Shown here: in pieces, positions 21,220 to 31,798 of the stretch | How positions within the stretch are numbered: position 1 is the stretch's first letter | Layout: each line of letters starts with the position of its first letter | Assembly (NCBI GenBank): GCA_963827385.1 | Contig: CAWHAR010000002.1 | Span: forward strand, 223,656-287,655 | DNA: 64,000 nucleotides | Origin: an uncultured Actinomycetes bacterium | GTDB taxonomy: Bacteria > Actinomycetota > Acidimicrobiia > IMCC26256 > DASPTH01 | Direction of reading: 5' to 3' | Program-made: the position numbers and the translations under genes | The notes under the pieces: generated by a model | What the model was told of the DNA's origin: nothing | What the model saw: only the letters and a program-made list of their open reading frames with translations | The model's database searches: none

Positions 21220-21877
21220 ATGACTTCTGCGTCTCGCGACGGGCACACAGGACACGTCGAAGCTGGCCAGCCGCCGGTTGCTCGATGGTCGGATCTACCA
21301 GAGCCACAGGCCAGCCTCGCCAGTGGAGGATTCGAAGCCTGGCAGGCGGGAGATCTCAACGAGGCGAACAGAGCGCTGACTCTGCTTCTCGAAGCCGCGG
21401 AGGCGGTACCGGAGCCGGACGGCCTCTTTCACTCCTCCACCTTCTGGCCTGCGTCGCGTTCAGCGCAGCGAACTATGCGACGTCGTGTGCGCTCCATACG
21501 AAGGTGCTGGTCATGTGTGAGACGATCGGCTTCCTCGGCGGGCAGGCTTCGTCGCTCTTCGACCTTGCAATGATCGATCAAGTCGAAGGAGACACCCGCC
21601 TGCACGCCACCGCTTCGAGTTGGCGCGTGCCGCATTCGAGCAGGGTGGTTACAGCGATCGCATTGGCATCGTCGATGCCGCTCCTGTCACTTGGTTCGCA
21701 GAAAAACGGTTGACTGCTCGGGTGACATTGCCGAACGCTGGGGTGCCGGACGATCTGTCTCTAGACGAGCGCGGACATCGACGTGAACGCCGCTGCGCGA
21801 AGGCGTTCAACGGTCCGGGCAACGGCCGATGGGTAGGTCGCCAGTTCCTGCATGCTTCGCCACCCGCGACGCTATGA
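21220..21877 (+). pseudogene. TPR-like hypothetical protein, frameshifted
   Basis: Three consecutive + frame pieces (21220, 21285, 21620). Contains GGFEAWQAGDLNEANRALTLLLEAAEAV and LARAAFEQGGYSDRIGIVDAA. Weak assignment. Confidence 0.35.
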
Positions 21878-22400
21878 GGTCGAGTGGTACAACCACCTGA
21901 GCTCGATCCTCGGCAACGCATTCGCGAGCGCGATGGCCGTCGCCTCGACGCAGGTCGTCAGGAGAAACCCGACTACCAACAGAGTGGTGACGCCAGAGAC
22001 GAGATCAGTCGATCGATCTCTGACATGAAGTCGGCCGATGAGGTCGCGTCGGGTTGACGCTTGACAACGGTCGACCGCTCGTCGGGGAGGGCGCAAGTTG
22101 CGGGTGCCAGGCTCGATCCGTCTCATTGTCGAAGGTGCAGAGATTCTCGACGTCTTTCCCGAACTGACCCCGCTCGTAGAGGGAAGTTACCCAGACCGTT
22201 CGGTGACCGTCGCCAAATTCGCCTGCGCGGCACCCGCGAGGCGTGGAACCGTGTCGACGATGTACGCCATCTCGGCAGCCCCATGCCGTTTCCACAGCGT
22301 CCCCTCCGGTGCGGTGAAGGCAACGACGGGATCAATGACAACCAGAGCGACCTCTTCGAACTGCACCCGTCAACCCCTCGCCTCGAGATCCGTGCTGAAC
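21872..22400 (-). pseudogene. isochorismatase/cysteine-hydrolase-like protein, frameshifted
   Basis: Manual translation gives VQFEEVALVVIDPVVAFTAPEG (about 22300-22370). ORF 22005..22295 then gives SLYERGQFGKD and ORF 21872..22126 gives GVTTLLVVGFLLTTCVEATAIALA, which is the catalytic Cys region. Confidence 0.45.
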
Positions 22401-22649
22401 GCACAAGACAAGCGCGAGCCCCGATCTCCGGTAGCAACCCAACTCTGTTGGCACACCACAGCTTCTCGCCAACCTGGCGGTTCACCTGCTCCCAGGGCTC
22501 AAGGGACATTCCCGCACCCTGGGCTGCGCAAGCGGAGGCGCTCCAGAACGGGCGATCTGTATCACGAGTTGCGACCACGTCACTACGGTTGCGTCGTGGA
22601 CTCAGCGCAACCGTCCGATCGTCCGACCATCGTCACTCAACTCACCGCA

Positions 22650-23445
22650 CTACTTCGACGCGGCTGGGCGAGTGCATCTACTGCGGTGATTCCGACTCGC
22701 GCGTCACTGACGAGCACATCGTTCCGTGTGCCCTCAACGGGTCGCTCATCCTTCGGTCGGCAAGTTGTAGTCCCTGCGCGAAGATGACCTCGCGCTTCGA
22801 GCGCGTACGTGCTCCGGGGCTTCATGCTCGACGCCCGCACCGCGGGCAACTTCGCGACGCGACGCCCGGCGGAACGGCCGTCTCTAATCGCCGTGAGGCT
22901 GCTCGACGAGGACCAAAACGTGACGGTTGAGAACATCGACCGGTCAGAGGCGCCTGGCTTCCTCGTTCTGCCAAATGTTCGAACGGGCGGGCGCTATTGC
23001 TGGGGAGACCGCCGAGCCTTGGAATCAATATCAACGGCACGGAACTGATTGGCTTTGGAGCGGATCCTGCAGAATTTGTGTGGAAAAGGGCGCGGTCGGG
23101 TTACAACAGAGGTCGTCCCCGAGATCGAGGCCTTCTGCTGCCTGCTCGCGAAGATTGCGTACTCCTACGCCGTGGCGACGCAGGGTCTGTTCCCGCGGGA
23201 GGAGACGCCGCTCATCGAGTTGATGAAGCGCAACGGAGAGAATGCTGGCCACTGGATCGGATCGAGCGACATCGGCTCTGAACGCAGCGAGAGCAACCAG
23301 CACGTTGTGGGCATCGGCGTCGTGGCCTCCGACCCGTCCGAATTCCTGGCCCGCTGTCCACCTGTTCGCGAACGTGGGCGCAACGTCGTATGAGATCGTG
23401 ACTCGCTGGCCGCGTTGGCGTGACTACGCACGCGATGGCTCGTGA
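22650..23445 (+). pseudogene. HNH endonuclease-like protein (HNH_5-type), frameshifted
   Basis: CIYCGDSDSRVTDEHIVPCALNGSLILRSASCSPCAKMTS lies in ORF 22061..22930. It continues in ORFs 22809, 23049 (CCLLAKIAYSYAVATQG) and 23242 (VHLFANVGATSYEIV). The start is uncertain. Confidence 0.5.
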
Positions 23446-23493
23446 AGAGGGCGCCTCGTCGCCTAGCCGAGCCAGAGCGGGCAATATGCCCGG

Positions 23494-24294
23494 GTGACTG
23501 ACGACGTTGAGGTGCTACACGGTGGTGTAGCGAACGCGGGCCAGGTCGTGCGCGTCGGCGACGATGTGCTGCGACCAGCGCCATCAAATGGCGCGACCAT
23601 CCACCGCTTGCTTCGACACCTCGTCGACGGCGGCATCGGCATCGCGCCCGAACCGCGAGCCCTTGCCGACGGGCGAGAGAAGCTCGGTTTCATCCATGGC
23701 GATGTGCCGGTACCTCCGTATCCCGATTGGGCGCAGTCGGACCGGGCGTTGGCGTCAATCTCGGCACTGATTCGAGCGTTGCACGACGCGTCGCGCACCT
23801 TTGCTCATGAGAGCGGCGACGCTTGGAGTACCGAGATGGCTGACGAGCGCCCCGGTGGCTCGGTGGTGTGCCACAACGACGTGTGCTTGGAGAACGTCGT
23901 CTTTCAAGGCGGCGTCGCCGTCGCGCTCCTCGACTTCGACTACGCCGCGCCGGGCAGGCCGAGCCACGACTTGGCCTGCTTCGCCCGCATGTGCGTGCCC
24001 ATCGATGACGAGACGAGCCGCGCAAACCTCGGGTGGAGCGCAGTCGATGGTCCTTCGCGTTTGCGCCTGGTCGCCGATGAATATGGGTGCACAGCAACCG
24101 AGCGCAGAGAGATCTTGGAGACACTCGACCGACAGATCGCGCGTGGTGGCGAGTTCGTGCTGCGTCACGTCGAGGCGGGCGAACCGGGTTTCGTTGCGAT
24201 GTGGGCTTCGATCGGCGGAATGGCGCGCTTCGACCGTCGACGAGATTGGTGGAGCTCATACCGTGACGACTTCGCCACGGCGATGGACGCGTAG
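23494..24294 (+). CDS. phosphotransferase enzyme family protein (APH/choline-kinase fold)
   Basis: Intact 266-aa ORF. LHGGVANAGQVVRVGDDVLRP at the N-terminus, catalytic loop VVCHNDVCLENVVF and LLDFDYAAPG. Confidence 0.8.
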   Translation: MTDDVEVLHGGVANAGQVVRVGDDVLRPAPSNGATIHRLLRHLVDGGIGIAPEPRALADGREKLGFIHGDVPVPPYPDWAQSDRALASISALIRALHDASRTFAHESGDAWSTEMADERPGGSVVCHNDVCLENVVFQGGVAVALLDFDYAAPGRPSHDLACFARMCVPIDDETSRANLGWSAVDGPSRLRLVADEYGCTATERREILETLDRQIARGGEFVLRHVEAGEPGFVAMWASIGGMARFDRRRDWWSSYRDDFATAMDA

Positions 24295-24566
24295 CCACGC
24301 CATAACTGCCGACTTGTCTCGGTAGTTGTGTGAATTGGCGAATGCTCGCCTGTTGCATGGCGGCCGCCCCAGACGAGGAAGATCCGGCGTGGCCCGGTCG
24401 GGTGCTTCGGGCGCGTACGACTATCTCACGGCGCGTGTCGGCTTCACGGGGCGCACCGCTATTGCACGATCGATCCCGGTCCAACAATGATCCAGCATGC
24501 GCTACGACCGATTGGCGAACAGCGCTCGTGCGGCGGTCTCGTCCGCCGACGATGATCCCGTGGAGC

Positions 24567-25397
24567 ATGGCTTCTCGCGCTCTGTCGGGGGGCATGACGA
24601 ACGACGTGTTCGTCCCGGTCGAGCGTCCGGACCTTGTCGTGAAGGTCTTTCAAGGCGGCCGCGCCGACGAGCCGGAGCAGGAATGGGACGCGGCCTGATG
24701 GCTCTCACGGGCTCCGGGATCGTGCCGGGACCCGGTCCACTTCGAGCGCAGCAGTCCAGCCGTCGTTGTGATGACGCGAGTGCCCGGTTCGGCCCTGCAC
24801 GCGGGGCGCTTGCACAGGAACACGCCCACGCGATCGGCAACACACATCGCCTCGTGCACGCGGCCGTCCCGGAACACCGACGAATCCCCGCCCACACAGA
24901 GCTGCGCAGCACCCAGGCTATCCCTTATGCAAGACAGACCAACCCGACCTTGGCGCACACCACCGACGCGGACGGATCTCGTCGCAACAGCATGGCGGGC
25001 AGCTCGGGCGTGGATCGCTGACGCCGACATCGATCGCCTCTTTGCCGCCGAGCGACTTCGGTTCTGCCGCGGCGACCCGAACGCGAGCAACTACCTGTGG
25101 AGCGACGACAGCCTCATGCTCATCGACTGGGAGAACAGCGGCTACAACGACCCGGCCCTTGAGCTTGCGGACATGGCCGAGCACGCGAGCACTCGGACTC
25201 TCGGGCAAGACTTCTGGAGTTCCGTTGCTGACGCCACCGAACTCACCGCCGAAGACCGAGCACGCGTCGTGCACGGTCGACGGTTCATGGCGTGCTGCTG
25301 GCTCGTCATCATCGACAGCAGACACCGCCAAGGGCGACCAACAACCGTGACACCTGAAGAACAAGCCCATCGCACGCTCGCCACACTCGATCTCTGA
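24567..25397 (+). CDS. phosphotransferase enzyme family protein, frameshifted
   Basis: ATG at 24567 (MASRALSGGMTNDVFVPVERPDLVVKVF). The middle lies in ORF 24497..25021. The C-terminus lies in ORF 24768..25397 (FCRGDPNASNYLWSDDSLMLIDWENSGYNDPALELAD). Confidence 0.6.
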
Positions 25398-25490
25398 CGA
25401 TCATTCATCGACGCCGGAATCGCCGCATCGCTCCAGCTCCACCTCTAGACGCGGTCGCGCCGCAGACAGCGCTGTTCAACCAGCAACGTC

Positions 25491-25733
25491 ATGGTGCCGA
25501 TCAGTTCGTATGAAGGCACACAACGGCCAACGGATAGACGCGTGCTCGGTTCCTTCGCCGTGGCGTCGCTGTTCTTGCTTGCTGCATGCACTGGAACAGC
25601 GGGCGGGAGCGCTCCGTCCGGCCCTCGGATTCCGTACCCGGGCAATGGTGGGGGGCCGACTCAGTGCCAAGACGGGACGGTTAGCGGTTCTTCGGGTCCC
25701 GGGACATGCTCGCACCACGGGGGTGAAGCGTGA
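25491..25733 (+). CDS. small lipoprotein with DUF3761-like C-terminus
   Basis: Lipobox-like FLLAAC, followed by CQDGTVSGSSGPGTCSHHGG, which resembles the DUF3761 motif. Confidence 0.55.
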   Translation: MVPISSYEGTQRPTDRRVLGSFAVASLFLLAACTGTAGGSAPSGPRIPYPGNGGGPTQCQDGTVSGSSGPGTCSHHGGEA

Positions 25734-25977
25734 TCCCGGCATGGATCGTGGTCGCCCTCGCGATCGGTGGCTACTGGTTCTAAGCGCGGCGCGACAGTGA
25801 CATGAAGGAATGGCGAGAAGAGGCTCTGCGCCAGAGGCGCCAACGCTGTCCTCGAGCACCTCCGTAGCGTGGGTGCCGCCGAATCAGATGATGACTTGTT
25901 GATGTCGATGCCGCCGGCGGTGCTGTTCGCGGCACTGACTCTGGGAGCAGACGTCATACCAGACGACGCTTCGCGGG

Positions 25978-26268
25978 TTGCCCGCCCGTGCTGGCAAGCT
26001 GGTGGTCGAAGGGGACACGACATCTCCAGAGGACTCCAACGGAACCCCGCTCAATCCCTGCCTCTCATGGTCCTGGCGGGTCTACCTGCCCGACCCGGAC
26101 GCCTCATACGGCTTCAGCACGATTGAAACTGGGACGGCTCCAACCGAGCAAGGGGCACAGGAGGCTGCTGAGGCATGGTTTCGGGCCGCCGCGAAACGCG
26201 GATTCTTTCCGTACCGCGTGTTGAAGATTGATCCCGCGAAGCGAAGATTCGGCTCGCTTCGAGGCTGA
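25978..26268 (+). CDS. hypothetical protein
   Basis: 96-aa ORF with non-biased composition (WSWRVYLPDPDASYGFSTIETGTAPTEQGAQEAAEAWFRAAAKRGFFPYRVL). No family recognised. Confidence 0.4.
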   Translation: MPARAGKLVVEGDTTSPEDSNGTPLNPCLSWSWRVYLPDPDASYGFSTIETGTAPTEQGAQEAAEAWFRAAAKRGFFPYRVLKIDPAKRRFGSLRG

Positions 26269-26547
26269 AGCCGCTCCATGCCCGAGAGCTGCTGCGCAAA
26301 ACGGCGAAGCCGAAGTTCGTTGTCCCCCGCCGAGACGAGCGAGCGTGACCACGGCGCCCGAGTGCCCGCGCCTGTCGAGGGGAGCGTGCTAGAACCTCGC
26401 CATGCAGGTACAAGGTGCGGATCCGCGGCGCGGCGCATGGCGATGAGAGATGAATGACGCGACGCAATGCGCCGTCGTCGCCATCGCGATCGCCACAGGG
26501 TCCATGGTGTTCGCGGCCGGGCAGTCTTGGTCGACAGGAGCCCGAGC

Positions 26548-27222
26548 ATGAACGACGATTTCGCGACCCGAGTGAACCAGTTCGTCACAGGCCCCGAAAC
26601 GAAACGAGCAGCCGAATCGCTAGAGGAGTACCTCGACAGATACAGCGGCAGGCACTTCGAACAACTCGCCGACTCTGACGGCGACCACTTCACCGCGAAT
26701 GACATCGTGGCGGTCAGCATGCTCAGCGTGACTGTTCCCGCCGAAGCAGCGAGCTGGCTCCTAGGCGACGACGGCGCGGATCAAACATCGGCGTTACTTC
26801 AGCTGATCCAGCCCGCGAATCTCGAGATCTGGGATGACCGCGCCGATCTGTCGAACGGCAGCCCCGCCTCGCAGCTCTGGCGATCCGTGAAGGATCTCAA
26901 GGGGGTTGGGCGAACGACTGCGAGCAAGCTGCTCGCGACCAAACGTCCTCACCTGTTCCCGATCTACGACAGTGTGGTGAGCGCTGCGCTCGGTATCGGG
27001 CGTCGCGACGACTGGCAGCTCTGGCAGACATTCCTGCGATCCCCTGAGGCTGAACCGGCGAAGGACGCAGTACAGCAGCTCCACCATGAGGTCCCGAGAA
27101 GCGAACACCTCTCGACACTCCGCACGCTCGACATCATCATCTGGATCCGCGTCCACGGCTACAAATTCTCGAAACAGCTCTCTCACTTCGCGGATGTTCC
27201 AGCACCGGATCCCAGCAGCTAA
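26548..27222 (+). CDS. hypothetical protein (DUF6308-like by recollection)
   Basis: ATG at 26548 preceded by GACAGGAG. 224 aa, balanced composition (FTANDIVAVSMLSVTVPAEAASWLL...VGRTTASKLLATKRPHLFPIYDSVV). Confidence 0.55.
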   Translation: MNDDFATRVNQFVTGPETKRAAESLEEYLDRYSGRHFEQLADSDGDHFTANDIVAVSMLSVTVPAEAASWLLGDDGADQTSALLQLIQPANLEIWDDRADLSNGSPASQLWRSVKDLKGVGRTTASKLLATKRPHLFPIYDSVVSAALGIGRRDDWQLWQTFLRSPEAEPAKDAVQQLHHEVPRSEHLSTLRTLDIIIWIRVHGYKFSKQLSHFADVPAPDPSS

Positions 27223-27364
27223 GTACTCACAGCGAACCAACTAATCGCGCAAGTCGGAACATGGCCGACGATTAGCACGACGGGGCTACGCGACGCTCTC
27301 CTGATCCACTGGTCGTAACGATGGATAGTCGATCAGCTCGCGGGCCGAAGCACGAGCTGCACAG

Positions 27365-27556
27365 TCAACCGCTACTTGAACATCTTCCAGAACATCCGCC
27401 GACCTTGCGCTGGCGGCCGGACTTGCTCCACGGGATACCGGTCGCCCGCGAAACCTTTCGTTTCGCATTGGTGATCCCCACCGCACGCCTCCAGCTGAAG
27501 CCACCTCTGTTCACGGCCCGGACCTCTTTCGCGTTATCCGACACCGATGCGCCTAG
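27365..27556 (-). pseudogene. small ORF interrupted by the IS481-family element (distal 62 codons)
   Basis: Removing 27557-28608 and one CTAG copy joins ATGCACCAGCACCAAGCCGCG (28613-28633, minus strand) in frame to LGASVSDNAKEVRAVNRGGFSWRRAVGITNAKRKVSRATGIPWSKSGRQRKVGG. The result is a 70-codon ORF. Confidence 0.45.
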
Positions 27557-28608
27557 CTGTTGTGCCCTGGGACGTTGTTGACATCCGCTGAGTAGTTGGC
27601 CCCCTGGGTCGAGTGTGGAGCTGTCGAAGGCAACACACACACCCAGGAGGGCCGATGCACGGTAACGCTCCACTCACGCCGGAAGGTCGGCTGCGGCTGT
27701 GCCGGCGGATCGAGGACGGTTGGACGGTCGCGGCGGCGGCCGAGTCGATGAACATCTCCCGCCAGTGCGCCCACAAGTGGTGGCGCCGTTACCGCGCACG
27801 AAGGCGTCGCCGGGCTGCGGGACCGGTCGAGCCGGCCGTGGTCGTGTCCGCATCAGACCCCGGCGCGGGTCGAACGGCGGATCGTGGCGTTGCGTCAGTC
27901 CCGCAAGCTCGGCCCGGCCCGCCTGGCCGGCATCGTCGGCGTCCCGGCGTCGACCGTGCATCGGGTGCTGGTCCGTCACGGCGTGAACCGGTTGCGGTGG
28001 ATGGACCGCCCGACCGGTCGGGTGATCCGGCGGATCGAGACCAGCCGCTGCGGCGAGCTGGTCCACATCGACGTCAAGAAACTGGCCCGGATCCCGGACG
28101 GTGGCGGCCACCGCAAGCTCGGGCGGACGCACCGCAGACCGCCGCGAGCGCACCAAGCGCGAGGCGGCTACACCCACATCCACACCGCCATCGACGCCTA
28201 CCGCCGGCTCGCGTACTCGCGAGTTCGCCGGCGTCGAGAACACCATCAACTGCGTCGCGTTCCTCGACCGCGCCGTCGCCTGGTTCGCCGCAACAGGGCA
28301 TCGCGATCGAACGGGTCCTGACCGACAACGGCAACGGCTACCGCAGCCATCGCGCTGGCGAGACCGCTGCGCCGAGCTCGGCATCCGCCACACCCGCACC
28401 CGGCCCTACCGGCCCGCCACCAACGGCAAAGTCGAACGGTTCAACCGCACCCTCGCCGACGAATGGGCCTACGCCCGGCTCTGGAAATCAGAAGCCGCCC
28501 GAGCCCGCGCCCTTGACCGCTTCCTCCACCGCTACAACCATCACCGACACCACACCGCCATCGGCGGCCCACCCGCCAGCCGAGTCACAACCTGGCAGGG
28601 CACAACAC
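27557..28608 (+). mobile_element. IS481-family insertion sequence (about 1.05 kb) flanked by CTAG
   Basis: Terminal inverted repeats are CTGTTGTGCCCTGGGACG (27557-) and the reverse complement of the right end, GTGTTGTGCCCTGCCAGG (-28608). CTAG occurs on both flanks (27553-27556 and 28609-28612), which is the known IS481-family target. Confidence 0.8.
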
Positions 28609-28612
28609 CTAG
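27655..28612 (+). pseudogene. IS481-family DDE transposase, several frameshifts
   Basis: MHGNAPLTPEGRLRLCRRIEDGWTVAAAAESMNISRQCAHKWWRRY (ATG 27655). Then LRQSRKLGPARLAGIVGVPASTVHRVL...GELVHIDVKKLARIPDGGGH (ORF 27884). Then RPYRPATNGKVERFNRTLADEW (ORF 28101). The predicted stop TAG at 28610-28612 is supplied by the flanking CTAG. Confidence 0.8.
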
Positions 28613-29044
28613 CGCGGCTTGGTGCTGGTGCATGGGCGCGTTATTTCCCCGGTAGCTGGGCGTCAAACCGCTCAGGAGCAAAACACAAATCGAGGGCACG
28701 AGCGATGGAGCGCGAGCGAACCGCCGGGATCCCTATGCGACGCTCGAGAAGCATCGCCCATCCAGCTGCGGTCGAGCTGGATCGTCTGATGAGTGACACG
28801 GTGCCGCACGCGGTCGAACTCGTGATCCTCGCCCGCCACGCGAAAGACGCTCGGACCCGCCACCGTCGCCAACTCCTCGGGCTTCATCGTCACTGGGCAC
28901 TGACGGTCCCGCCGAGCCAAACGTCACTGACGATCAATGATGAACAGCCACGCCTGCGTGGTCAGCGTGATGTGTTGTTCGGCGCAAGCACCCTCGACAT
29001 CCAGTCTGCCACCGAGGACGACGTCCACCCCCAAGGTGTCCCCG

Positions 29045-29548
29045 TCAGCCTTCCGGCGTGGGTGGGATTGAGAGTCCGCTCCATCCGACGTCGATCGCAG
29101 GATCAAGCACTAGCGGGAACGTCTCTGTGCGTGTCCCCGTACCGTCCTTCCAATGCGCTTCAACCTTCACGAATACGTGTCGCGGATGTGGGGCTCCAAT
29201 AACGATCGGAAGTTCGAACCGCTGTCGGGGAGACAAGGTGACTGGGAACGCGTCAGCGATCAATGCCAAATCAAGGAACGCGTTGCCGTCGTCGCGTGCA
29301 GCGAGCTGAATGTCGGTGGCGCTCGAGGGTCCTTCGTTGCTGATCACTAGAACCCTTTGGACCGCGTGCCGAATCGTGATGTTGATCGTCGCCGTTGCTC
29401 GGTCGCTGCGGTCAGCCGACATCCGCTCTGACTCGTTGCGAGCGATCAACTCTGAAGCACGTGCCGCTCGCCAAGCGCTCACGGCTGCGACGGCTGCGAA
29501 TCCGGCAGCAAAGGCACTCACGATGAGGCCAGCGGTTGCCGCCGTCAT
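29045..29548 (-). CDS. N-terminally membrane-anchored hypothetical protein
   Basis: Intact 167-aa ORF. TM helix GLIVSAFAAGFAAVAAVSAW, then a beta-rich soluble domain. Its start overlaps the upstream stop as ATGA (29545-29548). Confidence 0.6.
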   Translation of the reverse strand: MTAATAGLIVSAFAAGFAAVAAVSAWRAARASELIARNESERMSADRSDRATATINITIRHAVQRVLVISNEGPSSATDIQLAARDDGNAFLDLALIADAFPVTLSPRQRFELPIVIGAPHPRHVFVKVEAHWKDGTGTRTETFPLVLDPAIDVGWSGLSIPPTPEG

Positions 29549-30220
29549 CGTCGCCGCCGTGGGCGACGCCCGTGCATGTTCACCTTGCGGCGGAAGCTTT
29601 CAGGCGATTCGACGTGAAGATCCCGCTGACGGTGCTGAAACCAGGCCGTTCGCGCTGCCCATCGATGGTATTCATCCCACAGCCGCCCGTCGAAGTGCAA
29701 CGCGTCATCGAAGGTTTTCACCACGAGAGGGTTCGGTTCGGCGTGCGGGCGAGCCGCACACACTCGCCTAAGCGCGATGTCTGGCGCAACCCCAGCCGCG
29801 CACAGAACCCCCAGCGCGAGAGCGGGCGACCGTCCATATGCGCCGGCGCACGAAACTAGGAGCGTGTCGCGACCGCCGAGGTTTCGACGCACGAAGGAAA
29901 TAGACCGCTCCGCGAGGTCGCTTGTGAATGCGCCGGGACTCGAAGTGCTCTACGACATCCCTGAACGCTAAGCAAAGGTACGGAGTCCAGTCCGTCAGAG
30001 GTTCACCACAGTTGGCCTCGTCGTCCACGATCTCGATCATCGCCACGTCAGACCATTTCCAGCCACCCAAGTCTGATCGTCTGCAAAGTCGAACATCGAG
30101 ATCCATCGAAGGTGATCCCTTCCTTGTACGTGAACGCAGATCGTCTGGAAGCCAGCGAGTCTCATCAACCTGACCCGACGTCTGACTCGGGACCCAGACG
30201 TGCGCTGATGCGGGCTTCAT
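29545..30220 (-). CDS. predicted Cys-based phosphatase (COG5350-type protein tyrosine phosphatase-like, CX5R), one frameshift
   Basis: The N-terminal part lies in ORF 29768..30247 and the C-terminal part in ORF 29545..29892, with LLVSCAGAYGRSPALALGVLCAAG (P-loop C-x5-R) and PNPLVVKTFDDAL. The start ATG at 30218-30220 overlaps the MazG-like stop as ATGA. Confidence 0.6.
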
Positions 30221-30497
30221 CCGCATGCACATGGCAGCGCCCCGCAATGTGGGCAGCCGTCCGCGAACCGTGTCACAGCGTCTTCCAGCGACAGGCCGAG
30301 TTGATGTGCGAGAGAGGCGAGCCAGGCCAAGACGTCGCCAAGCTCGTGGAGCTGTTGGTCCGTCGATCCCTTGCGCACGGCTTGGGCGAGCTCACCAACT
30401 TCCTCAACGAGCCAGGCGACGCTCGCGGGATCCCGCGGGAAGAGTCGCGTTCGCCGTAGGTGGCTATAACTCGATCTTGGAACGAACTGAGCTCCAT
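30217..30497 (-). CDS. MazG-like all-alpha nucleotide pyrophosphohydrolase, one frameshift
   Basis: The N-terminus MELSSFQDRVIATYGERD lies in ORF 30273..30497 (RBS AAGGGAG). The rest lies in the frame of ORF 30217..30732: VAWLVEEVGELAQAVRKG ... ELGDVLAWLASLAHQLG ... CPHCGALPCAC. EExxE and ExxD metal motifs are present. Confidence 0.65.
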
Positions 30498-31594
30498 CCC
30501 TCGGACTCCCTTGACTTAGGCGGACGAGTTCCGCGATGCCATCAGCGACCGCCGCCGCCGTACCGATCCAGAATCCTGCCTCGCGCCAGACCGACTCCAC
30601 GCCACAGGATCCCAAGAACTCGGTGTACGCCTCGCCGACCGATTCGGTGAACAGCGCCACGAGACGCACCGGCGAGCCCGCGGCGTAGAGGAAGTGGCGG
30701 TAGCTGAACAGCTGGCCGAGCGCGGCACGCACCGCGCTCGTCGCGTCGGTGCAAGTACACGACTTTCGCTTCGATCAACCACTCGTCATCACCGCGACGC
30801 AACACCAGATCTCGGGGATGTTCGGTCGAAGGAACCAGACCTTGGTGATGCACCCACTCGCCGTATTGGCGCACCAAGGTTTCGTGGCGGCGCGACTTCC
30901 CGAGCTTGCGGCCGACGATGTACGACACGTACTCGGAGTCGTCTTTCGGTTTGAAGTTACGCAGTGGGTCTTCATTGAGACCGTCACCGGTCGTGGGCGA
31001 TGCGACCGAGCCGGGATTCGTGAGCAGCAGTTCGCGTTTCACGGCAATCGCGTCTTCGTAGAGCCCGAGGTAGCGATCGAGGTCTCGCTCGAGGACAGCG
31101 TCGTCTGGAAGTGCGACAAGTTCGTAGCGTGTCGCGATGATGTTGCCTGCTTGGTAGTTCCGTTGCCGATCACCATTCGATGACAGGTCCATCTCGGTCA
31201 GCAGGCCTGTGGTGGTCCCGTCCGTGAGGCCTTCCCTGATTGCGAGCGCATCTACCGCGAGTCGTGCGCGGGCCTTGCTGTTACCGATCTCGCTGCGCAG
31301 GTGCTCCATCCCCTGGTTCAAAGTCAACGTGACGCTTGCAAGGTCTTGCGCGAACAGGTAAACGACGTAGATGCCTTCCTGAGGGTCGGTTGTCTCGTCA
31401 GGATCGAAGAACCCGACCCATGGCGTGTACGTCGCTGAGCCTTTCCCTCCACTTCCGACGATGGTGACGCCGCCCGGCGCATAGTCAGCCAGTTCGGTGC
31501 CGGCGTGTCGCAGCAGCTGCTGCGCAGAGGTCTGAAGCCCGTCTTCGCGGCGATAGGTCATCGCGATTTCTTGAAGGAACTCGCGAAGCTTCAC
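30498..31594 (-). CDS. DUF3578 (McrB N-terminal-like DNA reader) fused to a PD-(D/E)xK nuclease-like domain; frameshift, stop unresolved
   Basis: GTG at 31594 with GGGGGAG upstream. VKLREFLQEI...VGSGGKGSATYTPWVGFFDPDETTDPQEGIYVVYLFAQD...LTLNQG is the DUF3578/MrcB_N pattern. The C-terminus DEWLIEAKVV continues in another frame as VRAALGQLFSYRHFLY. No in-frame stop occurs before the MazG-like gene. Confidence 0.6.
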
Positions 31595-31798
31595 CCCGCT
31601 CCCCCGCAAGCGGGTCGACCCGACTTGCCGCACAATGAGGCGACCACGGACCAGGTGCGCACCACGTCGTTCGGTATCGGTTCGTCACCCATCGAGTTGC
31701 GCCCCTCCGCTCGCGATCTCGTGCAGTCTTGCCTACTTTGGGCAGCCGTCGTTCCCCCGCACCTGAACGAGCAAGAAGCGACGCGGCGGCGCTTGCGA

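Noticed and set aside
28672-29106. Minus-strand ORFs 28672..28920 and 28924..29106 downstream of the membrane protein gene
   Set aside because: Their composition is only marginally protein-like and no motif was found. They could be fragments of one frameshifted gene, but I could not build a convincing reconstruction.
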